Below are positions 10,093 to 18,894 of a stretch of 64,000 nucleotides of DNA, piece after piece (position 1 is the first letter of the stretch; each line of letters begins with the position of its first letter). The translations under genes were made by a program, and so were the position numbers. The notes under the pieces are model-generated. The model saw only the letters and a list, made by a program, of their open reading frames with translations, ran no database searches and had not been told where the DNA came from. Location of the stretch: the NCBI GenBank assembly GCA_963817955.1, contig CAWFQK010000004.1, positions 64,001 to 128,000 of the forward strand, given 5' to 3'. Source of the DNA: an uncultured Gemmatimonadaceae bacterium (lineage in GTDB: Bacteria; Gemmatimonadota; Gemmatimonadetes; Gemmatimonadales; Gemmatimonadaceae).

Positions 10093-13082
10093 TGCATTAT
10101 CGACTTGCTCGCCGGGACATGACGCAGTGGCTGGTTGCGACGGGATTCGCCTTGGCGATCGGGAGCAGGGGATCGGCGCAGGTGATCCCGCGGTTGCCGA
10201 CGGGACGCCAGGCGCCGGCTGTACCGCGTGACACAACGAAGGATTCCACGCGTCTGAAGTGGCCAGTTCCGGATTCGGTGACGCAGGCGCTGATGAGCAA
10301 GCCTGGGTACTCGATCACGCGCTATCAGGGCGACACGGCTTTCTTTGACGCCGAGCACCGCGCGCTCGACCTGCTGGCATCGAAAACTCGGCGGGCGGCG
10401 GTCGATCGCGATTCGCAAATCGTCGTCAGCGATAGCGGTATTTATTACACGGAGGCGACCCGGCACATCACCACCGGGGGACACTACGTGCTCAGCAGCC
10501 CAGGGTCCGGGCAGGCCGACATCACGGGTCTTGGCCGCGTTGATTACAGTCTGGCCGCACGGACGGCGCGCATCACGCGTGCGCGTCTTCCAGTCAATCA
10601 GGGCGAGATGTGGTACCTCGACGTCGATCTTGCTTCAGTGGTGCAGGACTCGACGGGCGGCCAGGCCAAAGCGACGGCCTACGTGAAGGGCGGCTCACTC
10701 ACCAGCTGCAGCGACTCGATTCCTGACTACCATTTCGAGTACAAGGAAGCAAAGCGGACCGGGAATACGCTGGTTGCGCGGCCGGCCGTGCTGTACATCA
10801 GGGACGTGCCGGTCATGTGGCTGCCATTCATCTTCAGCGATGCCCACAGCGGCCGGCACAGCGGCATCCTGGCCCCGCAATTCGGCATTGGCGATATCGT
10901 CCGCAATAGTCCCACGTATCGTCGGAATGTCGAACATGTTGGCTACTACTGGGCGCTGAACGACTATATGGATGCCAGCACCTGGCTCGATTGGCGCAGC
11001 TCAGCGGGCGCGACGCAGGGCGATCCGGGATGGCTGCGCTACAACGGTGATTGGGATTACCGCTGGCTCGATCGCTTTTTGAGCGGCCGGATCGGCGCCA
11101 ACTATACGCAGCAGCGTGACGGGTTGACGAACCTGGCGTTGAGTTGGTCGCACCAGCAGGACTTCTCGCACGACAGCCACCTCACGACGAATTTCAACTA
11201 CGTCACCAGTACCACGCTGCAGCACCAGAACACGTTCAATCCCTATTCGGCCCTGGCAACGATCTCGTCGCAAGCGAACTATCAGACGAAGCTCGGGCCC
11301 GCGTCGCTCTCGCTCGGCGCGACGCAGAAGCAGTATCCCTCACGCCAGCAGGTGGACCGCACGTTTCCAACGGTCCAACTGACGTCCACGGCCATCGGCA
11401 TTGGCCAGTGGCTGTCGTGGACACCGTCCTTCAGCTTCAGCCGCAGTGACGTGCTGCACATGGATCAGCCGGGACCGGGCGCATTCCTGTTCTCCGTGGA
11501 TCCTACGACGGGGCTTCGTGACAGCACGCTGTCGAAGACGCGCGGGTCCTCGCAGGATGCGATCACGTTCGACACGCCGCTCCAGATATTCGGCTACACG
11601 CTGCGGAATTCGTTCCGCGTGAACCAGCAGCGGTATGACTATGCGCAGCTAACCGATATCTACGACGTGGAAACAGGGGCAATCACCCAGCGAGTGTTTG
11701 CCGCGACGTACCGCACTGACGTCGACTGGACGCCCGACTTCCAGCTCCCCGCGATCGCACGCAACAAATTCAATCTCACACCGAGCTTGAGCTTTCAGAA
11801 TGTCGATCCAGGCTCGTTCTGGGTCGCGACGGAGCGGAGCAACGGCCAGTACGTGCACCAAAGCAAGCGATTTACCGCCGGCCTGGCGGCATCGCCGACG
11901 CTGTTCGGATTCTTCCCGGGGTTCGGGCCGTTCGCGCGCATTCGCCATTCGATCACGCCATCGTTTGGCTATTCGTATGCGCCGAAGACCGACGTCAGCG
12001 ACGAGTACTTGTCGGCCATCGGCGGAACGCGAAAAGGCTACGTCGGCAATCTGCGGCAGAACGCGCTGACTCTTGGGCTGACGCAGAACTTCGAGGCGAA
12101 ATTGCGGGCGCGGGCCGGGGCCGACACGGGAGCCAATGCTCGCAGCGAGACGATTCGCCTGCTCAGCATCAATATGACGTCGCTCACATACGATTTCGAG
12201 CGCGCGGCCAACGCGCGGCTCACGCAAGGGCGCGCGGGGTGGGCCGGACTCACGTCGGAGACGTGGGGTTACTCCGTGAGCTCCGAACTGCTGCCGGGCT
12301 TCGACTTCTCGAGCAATTATTCGCTCTTTCAGGGCAATCCTATCAGCGATACGGCCAAGTTCAAGCCGTTCCTGACGAGCGTATCGGCCTCGTTCAACAT
12401 CAGCCAGCACGAGAACCCTCTCACGGTCCTGTCGCGCCTGTTCGGTCGCGCGGTGCCGCAGGCGCAGGTCTCGCCGACGCCGAGCACGGAAACGGTCCGT
12501 CCGCAGACGGACGCCGGTGAGGTCGCAGCGCTAGCCGCGCAACCCGTCGCCGGCAGCGCGCGTAGCGGCGACAGGTTCCTTCTGCCATCGTCTACGGGAT
12601 GGCGCGCGTCGTTCACGTTCAGCCGTTCGAGCCCCCGTCCGCCCGTTGGCCCCAACGTGATCGAGTATGACCCGACGATCCGCTGCCAGCAGATTGCCGC
12701 CGGCAATCCGTTCCTGCTCGATGCCTGCCTTGCGAACGTACGCGCACAGCCGACGATCGATACGCCGATCACATCGCCGACCGGCGGCAGTCCGGTGTAC
12801 CATATTCCACCCACGACTTCGCTGAATGGCAACATCAATTTCAGCCTCACGCCAAGTTGGACGGCATCGTGGCAGACGACGTACGACTTTGAGCGGCGTC
12901 AGTTTGCCAGCCACATCGTGTCGTTGCAGCGGGAGTTGCACGATTGGCGTGCGATTTTTGGATTCACGCAATCACCTAACGGCAACTTTGCATTCAACTT
13001 CCGCATCGCGCTGAAGGCGGAGCCGGATCTCAAGTTCGATTACAACCGTGCCACCGTGCGATCGGGCGTGGCACCGTTCTAA
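10092..13082 (+). CDS. lptD: Putative LPS assembly outer-membrane protein, LptD-like
   Basis: LTSCSDSIPDYHF, ARPAVLYIRDVPVMWLPF, RHSGIL.P, YYWALNDYMD, C-terminal WQTTYDF..LQRELHDW; ends in Phe; start approximate. Confidence 0.8.
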   Translation: MHYRLARRDMTQWLVATGFALAIGSRGSAQVIPRLPTGRQAPAVPRDTTKDSTRLKWPVPDSVTQALMSKPGYSITRYQGDTAFFDAEHRALDLLASKTRRAAVDRDSQIVVSDSGIYYTEATRHITTGGHYVLSSPGSGQADITGLGRVDYSLAARTARITRARLPVNQGEMWYLDVDLASVVQDSTGGQAKATAYVKGGSLTSCSDSIPDYHFEYKEAKRTGNTLVARPAVLYIRDVPVMWLPFIFSDAHSGRHSGILAPQFGIGDIVRNSPTYRRNVEHVGYYWALNDYMDASTWLDWRSSAGATQGDPGWLRYNGDWDYRWLDRFLSGRIGANYTQQRDGLTNLALSWSHQQDFSHDSHLTTNFNYVTSTTLQHQNTFNPYSALATISSQANYQTKLGPASLSLGATQKQYPSRQQVDRTFPTVQLTSTAIGIGQWLSWTPSFSFSRSDVLHMDQPGPGAFLFSVDPTTGLRDSTLSKTRGSSQDAITFDTPLQIFGYTLRNSFRVNQQRYDYAQLTDIYDVETGAITQRVFAATYRTDVDWTPDFQLPAIARNKFNLTPSLSFQNVDPGSFWVATERSNGQYVHQSKRFTAGLAASPTLFGFFPGFGPFARIRHSITPSFGYSYAPKTDVSDEYLSAIGGTRKGYVGNLRQNALTLGLTQNFEAKLRARAGADTGANARSETIRLLSINMTSLTYDFERAANARLTQGRAGWAGLTSETWGYSVSSELLPGFDFSSNYSLFQGNPISDTAKFKPFLTSVSASFNISQHENPLTVLSRLFGRAVPQAQVSPTPSTETVRPQTDAGEVAALAAQPVAGSARSGDRFLLPSSTGWRASFTFSRSSPRPPVGPNVIEYDPTIRCQQIAAGNPFLLDACLANVRAQPTIDTPITSPTGGSPVYHIPPTTSLNGNINFSLTPSWTASWQTTYDFERRQFASHIVSLQRELHDWRAIFGFTQSPNGNFAFNFRIALKAEPDLKFDYNRATVRSGVAPF

Positions 13083-13101
13083 CGACCTTCGCGAAGGTTC
13101 G

Positions 13102-13177
13102 GTGACACGGGATTGGGACACGGGACACGGGTGTGGGACACTCACAACGCACAACTCGCAACTGGAAACTCCAAACT
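13102..13177. repeat. Degenerate heptamer tandem repeats
   Basis: GGGACAC-type units at 13102/13115/13122/13135, then CACAACG, CACAACT, CGCAACT, GGAAACT, CCAAACT at exact 7-nt spacing 13143-13177. Confidence 0.65.
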
Positions 13178-13357
13178 CGCCGACCGGTGGGCCGACCGCG
13201 ACGGAGCCGCCAGCGACATCCAGCCTGCGGTGCGCCTGGAAGGTGGTCCGGGAGCAGCCGGTCAACGACCCGGAGCCCCATCCCCGCCGCGCAGCCCGAC
13301 GAAAGTGGCCTATCACGCGCTCCTTGAATAACGGGCGTGGCGGGTCGAACTTTCGCC

Positions 13358-14882
13358 ATGCTCAAACAAGTCATCATCGACGGAAATTCCCTCACGCTGG
13401 AGCAGGTAGCGGCGGTGGCGCGCGAGCGCACGCCGGTTTCACTTGCTCCGCAGGCGCGTCTTCGCATCGGCATCACGCGTGCAGTGGTCGAAGACCTGGT
13501 CAGAAACCGGGCGGTGGCCTATGGCGTGACCACCGGATTCGGCAAGCTCTCGGAAATAGCGATCCCGCCTGACCGGCTCGCCGAACTGCAGGTGAACCTG
13601 GTGCGTAGCCACGCCGCGGGCGTCGGCGCGCTGCTGCCGGAACGAGAGGTGCGCGCCATGATGCTGCTGCGCGCCAACGTGATCAGCAAGGGCCACTCGG
13701 GCGCGCGCGCCGATCTAGCCGAGTTGCTCATCGGTATGCTGAACGCCGGGCTGTATCCGCCAGTGCCGGAACAGGGTAGCGTTGGTGCGAGCGGAGACCT
13801 GGCGCCGTTGGCGCATCTCGCACTGTCGTTGATCGGTGAAGGCATCCTGAATTGCGGTGACCAGAGCGGCCCGGCCGCTGAGATGCTTCGCGGTGCCGGC
13901 CTCGCGCCGCTGATACTCGCGTCAAAGGAAGGACTGACGCTGATCAATGGAACGCAGGCGCATACGGCGATCGGCGCGCTGGCGCTTGTCGATGCGCACC
14001 GGCTCTGGCGCGTGGCGCACGTTGCCGGAGCCATGTCCCTCGAGGCGCTTCTCGGCACCCCGGTGGCGTTCGACGCGCGCATTCAGGACGTGCGCGGACA
14101 GATCGGGCAGGCCGCTTCGGCCGCGCTACCTCCGCGAGCTACTGGCCGACAGCGAAATCCGCGAGTCGCATCGGACGAACGACCCGCGCGTGCAAGACGC
14201 CTACGCGCTGCGCTGTATGCCACAGGTTCACGGTCCCGTCCTCGACGCGATCGAATTCGCCGCCGGCGTGATCGGGCGTGAGTTGAACGCGGCGACCGAC
14301 AATCCGCTCGTGTTCGAGAGCGGGGATCTGCTGAGCGGCGGCAATTTCCACGGCCAGTCGGTGGCCATGGCGCTCGATTTTCTCGCCATCGCGCTCACCA
14401 ACCTCGCCACGATCTCCGAGCGGCGCATCGACCGGTTGGTGCACCCGGATCTCAATCAGGGGCTCCCGCCGTTCCTCACGCGAGACGCTGGCGTGAATTC
14501 CGGATTCATGATGGCGCAGGTGACCGCGGCTTCCATCACGAGCGAATGCAAGGTGCTCGCGCATCCGGCGAGCGTGGACACCATTCCGACCGATGGCAAC
14601 AAGGAGGACGTGGTGCCGATGGCGATGGCGGCTGCCTGGAAGCTGCGCCGCGTGGTCAGCAACGTGCGGTATGTCCTGGCCATCGAGTTGATGTGCGCCG
14701 CGCAGGGTCTCGATTTCCGTGCACCACTCCGGTCGGGTCGCGGTGTGATGCATGCCCACGCGGCCGTACGCCGTCGCGTCGCGCCACTCGAGAACGATCG
14801 CGTGCTCTCGGGCGATATCGAAGCGCTCGCCCTCGCGATCCAGAATGATGAAATCATTTCACGCATGACGGCCGACGTATGA
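13358..14882 (+). CDS. hutH: Histidine ammonia-lyase (one +1 frameshift near 14129)
   Basis: [22 protein letters not shown] (MIO ASG), [15 protein letters not shown]; split over two ORF-track frames. Confidence 0.93.
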
Positions 14883-16577
14883 ATGCCTCATCACTGACCG
14901 AAAGCGCTCCGCCCGCCTTGCATGGCGCGCGGGTGGTTCGCGCACCGCGGGGAACGCAGATCTCCTGCAAGGGATGGCAGCAGGAAGGGGCGCTGCGCAT
15001 GCTGATGAACAATCTCGATCCCGACGTCGCGGAGCGGCCGGATGATCTCGTCGTCTACGGCGGCACGGGCCGCGCGGCGCGCAGTTGGGAGGCGTTCGAT
15101 GCCATCGTCGCGTCGTTGCGCCGACTCGAGAACGATGAAACGCTGTTGATTCAGAGCGGCAAACCCGTGGGTGTCTTTCGCACGCACTCGTCGGCGCCGC
15201 GGGTGCTGTTGGCGAACAGCAACCTCGTGGGACGTTGGGCGAACGTGGGATTACTTTCGCGAGCTCGAGCGCGCTGGCCTGATCATGTATGGCCAAATGA
15301 CGGCGGGTTCCTGGATCTACATCGGTTCGCAAGGCATTCTCCAAGGCACGTACGAGACGTTCGGCGCCGTCGCGCGACGTCACTTCGGCGCCAGCCTCGC
15401 AGGCCGGTTCGTACTGACCGCCGGGCTTGGTGGAATGGGTGGTGCGCAGCCGCTGGCGGCGACGATGAATGGCGCCGCCATACTCGGCATCGATGTCGAT
15501 GAAGCGCGTATCGACAAGCGTCTCGAGACAGGCTACTGCGACCGGAAGACGCACGATCTGGATGAGGCGCTCGCCTGGATTCGCGAAGCAACCGACGCCA
15601 AGCGCGCACTATCTGTCGGTCTCGTTGGGAACGCGGCTGACGTACTACCGGAGTTGGTGCGGCGCGGCGTCACGCCGGATGTACTCACTGACCAGACGAG
15701 CGCCCACGATATGCTGAACGGATACGTGCCGAACGGGCTATCGCTCACCGACGCGGTGTCGCTCCGCCACCGTGATCCGGCGGACTACGTACGCCGGGCC
15801 GACGCGGCCATCGTCGCGCACGTGCAAGCGATGCTCGCCATGCAGCAGCGCGGTGCGATCGCGTTCGACTACGGGAACAACATTCGCACCGTGGCCCTCG
15901 ATCACGGCGTGACGAACGCCTTCGACATTCCGGGCTTCGTCCCGGAGTACGTTCGACCGCTGTTCTGTGAAGGGAAGGGCCCGTTTCGCTGGGTGGCGCT
16001 GTCTGGTGACCCCAAGGATCTGGCGCGCACGGACGACCTCGTGCTGGAGCTCTTCCCGCACGACGAGCACCTCCGCCGTTGGATCACCCTCGCGCGTGAG
16101 CGCGTTCACTTCCAGGGCTTGCCGGCCCGTATTTGCTGGCTCGGTCAGGGCGACCGGGCGCGCTTCGGTGTCGCACTGAACGACCTGGTGGCGAGCGGAG
16201 AGTTGAGCGCGCCGATCGTCATCGGCCGCGATCACCTCGACACGGGGAGCGTCGCGTCGCCCTTCCGTGAAACGGAAGCGATGCGTGACGGCAGCGACGC
16301 CATCGCCGACTGGCCGATCCTCAACGCGCTGCTCAATACCGCGAGCGGCGCTTCGTGGGTTTCGTTTCACCACGGCGGCGGCGTCGGCATTGGCAACTCG
16401 CTGCACGCTGGACAGGTGATCGTCGCCGACGGCACCCCGGAGATGCGCGTCCGCCTCCAACGCGTGCTCACCAACGATCCTGGCATTGGAGTAGCTCGCC
16501 ACGCCGACGCGGGCTATGATATCGCCCTGGAGACGGCAAAGGCCCACGGCATCCAATTGCCCATGAAGCAGGGCTGA
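14879..16577 (+). CDS. hutU: Urocanate hydratase (one +1 frameshift near 15243)
   Basis: [50 protein letters not shown]. Confidence 0.95.
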
Positions 16578-16578
16578 G

Positions 16579-17550
16579 TTGTTATCCGCCCGTTTCTCGC
16601 CGTGGGACGTCATTCCGTTCTTCCGCAAGTACGTCTGGCTCACTATGACCCGACGGCCTCTGCTCGTGCACTTCGAGGTGACGCTTCGGTGTAACGCGCG
16701 TTGCGGCTTTTGCGACTACTGGAAGACGGATCCTGCCGCGCGCGCCGCGGAGCTGAAGAGCTACGCCGAGGCAGCACGCTACTTCAATCCCATGCTCGTC
16801 ACCTTCACGGGCGGCGAGCCGACGCTGCGCGGCGATCTCGAAGACATCGTCGCTGAAGTCGATCGCGCGATCTCGCGCAAGTTCATCACGCTGATCACGC
16901 ACGGCGCCATGCTCTCGGCCGATCGCGCACGGGCGTTGTGGGATGCGGGAGTCAATCAATTCAACATCTCGCTCGACTATCTGGACGAGCGACACGATGC
17001 CGCGCGCGGAATGCCCGGGCTGACCGCGCGTCTCTTCGCGGCCATTCCGGCCATGCGCGCGCGCGGCATCGACAACATCCGCTTCAATTCCGTCATCAAG
17101 AACGACAACCTCGATCAGATCCTGCCGATCGTGCACCGGGCGCAGGAGCTCGGCGTCGGCGTGAACTTCAGCGTCTATACAGATTTGAAGAACGGCAACC
17201 GCCGCTACCTGCTCGGCGAGGATCAACAGATCCAACTCGAAGCGGTCATCGGAGCGCTGCTCGCGTACAAGCGCCGGCGCCGTGGCGTGATCACCAATTC
17301 GGACCATTACCTGGAACGCATTCCGCGATACATTCGCGGTCAGTTGAGCGAGCCCTGCCGATCGGGGATTCGCACCATTCACCTTGATCCCGCTGGCCAG
17401 GTGAAGCGTTGCCCCGACCTGCCCACCGATTTCCACTGGCGTGACTTCCGGAAATACGAGCCCATGAACTGCAATGCGTGTTACTATGCGTGCCGTGGAG
17501 AAGCCCAGGCGCCGCTGAACCTGTCGCGCATGCGCGACATCATGGCATGA
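16579..17550 (+). CDS. Radical SAM protein with C-terminal SPASM/Twitch-like cysteines
   Basis: CNARCGFC (CxxxCxxC), TGGEP, ISLD, PCRSG...RCPD...CNACYYAC. Confidence 0.9.
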   Translation: MLSARFSPWDVIPFFRKYVWLTMTRRPLLVHFEVTLRCNARCGFCDYWKTDPAARAAELKSYAEAARYFNPMLVTFTGGEPTLRGDLEDIVAEVDRAISRKFITLITHGAMLSADRARALWDAGVNQFNISLDYLDERHDAARGMPGLTARLFAAIPAMRARGIDNIRFNSVIKNDNLDQILPIVHRAQELGVGVNFSVYTDLKNGNRRYLLGEDQQIQLEAVIGALLAYKRRRRGVITNSDHYLERIPRYIRGQLSEPCRSGIRTIHLDPAGQVKRCPDLPTDFHWRDFRKYEPMNCNACYYACRGEAQAPLNLSRMRDIMA

Positions 17551-18833
17551 GTGCGAACGTGGAGCGCCTCTTGTTCGTCAATGCGTCGCAGGTGGTGACG
17601 TGCGACGGGCCACCGCGTGCACGGCGCGGGACCGAGATGAACGACGCCGTGGTGCGCACGGGCGTCGCCGTGGCCGTCGAGGGACAGCGCGTGGCAGGGG
17701 TGGGCGACCTGGCTGCGCTCCGTGCCGCATTCGCCGATGCCCGCGAGATCGATTGCCGGCGCGGCGTCCTGATGCCGGGACTCGTGGATTCGCACACCCA
17801 CGGCATCTTCGGTCGTCCGCGCTACGATGAACAGGAGATGCGCGCGGCCGGACTTGATTACATGGAGATCGCGCGTCGCGGCGGCGGAATTCATTCGTCG
17901 GTGCGCGACTTGCGCACGTGTTCGGAAGACGAGCTGTTTGCGCTGGCGCTGATCCGCCTCCGCCGGCTCGCATCCTTTGGCACAACGACGGTCGAAGTGA
18001 AGTCCGGCTACGGCCTCAGCCTCGACGATGAGCTCAAGACGCTGCGGGTCATCGCGCGGCTCGCGCGCGAGTTGCCGATGCGCATCGTTCCTACTTTCCT
18101 GGGCGCGCACGAGATTCCGCTCGAGCACCGAGGCAGCGCCGCGAGCCGGCAGCAGTACGTCGATCTGCTCGTCAACGAGATGATTCCCGCCGTGGCGGCG
18201 CAGCGCCTCGCACGCTTCGCCGACGTGTTTTGCGAGACCGGCGTCTACACGGTGGAGGAGAGCCGCGCCATCTTGACTACTGCGCGGGCGAACGGGTTGC
18301 TGCTCAAGCTGCACGCCGACGAGCTCACGTCGTCTGGCGGCGCGGAGCTCGCAGCGTCACTGGGAGCGACCTCCGCCGATCATCTGGCGGCGATTTCAGA
18401 TACCGGCATTTCCGCGCTCGGAGCCGGGGGGACGACCGTAGCGACGCTGCTGCCCGGCACCATGCTCTTTCTCGGCAAGTCCCGGCATGCACCAGCACGC
18501 CGCCTGATTGAAGCCGGGGTTCCAGTCGCTCTGGCCACGGATTTCAATCCGGGGACGTCGCCGACACCGAACCTGCCGCTCGTGCTCACGCTCGGCGTCA
18601 GCCAGCTCCGCTTGTCTGTGGCGGAAACTGTGATTGCGGCAACCGTCAACGGGGCAGCCGCCTTGGCGCTTTCCGGCGAAATCGGTCAGATCGCTCCCGG
18701 CTTTTTCGCGGATCTCGCGCTTTTCGACATCGCCGACGTCCGAGAGCTGCCGTACTGGTACGGCGATAATCGCTGCCTGGCCACGTACGTGAGGGGCAAA
18801 CCTTGTTACACGAGTGACTTAGGGCTAACTTAA
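17547..18833 (+). CDS. hutI: Imidazolonepropionase
   Basis: PGLVDSHTH, YMEIARRGGGI, EVKSGYGL, LHADEL, ATDFNPGTSP. Confidence 0.96.
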   Translation: MSANVERLLFVNASQVVTCDGPPRARRGTEMNDAVVRTGVAVAVEGQRVAGVGDLAALRAAFADAREIDCRRGVLMPGLVDSHTHGIFGRPRYDEQEMRAAGLDYMEIARRGGGIHSSVRDLRTCSEDELFALALIRLRRLASFGTTTVEVKSGYGLSLDDELKTLRVIARLARELPMRIVPTFLGAHEIPLEHRGSAASRQQYVDLLVNEMIPAVAAQRLARFADVFCETGVYTVEESRAILTTARANGLLLKLHADELTSSGGAELAASLGATSADHLAAISDTGISALGAGGTTVATLLPGTMLFLGKSRHAPARRLIEAGVPVALATDFNPGTSPTPNLPLVLTLGVSQLRLSVAETVIAATVNGAAALALSGEIGQIAPGFFADLALFDIADVRELPYWYGDNRCLATYVRGKPCYTSDLGLT

Positions 18834-18894
18834 CCCTCCCACTTTCCCGGGTCGGGCGGCGCTGTTTTTCCGTCCGGTTTCCCGTCAGGCGCTG

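Noticed and set aside
13200..13310. SRP RNA or known riboswitch upstream of hutH
   Set aside because: GGTCCGGGAGCAGC only loosely resembles the SRP core; no recognisable aptamer consensus
14120..15250. Programmed frameshifting in hutH and hutU
   Set aside because: No slippery heptamer at either site, and similar indels hit unrelated genes
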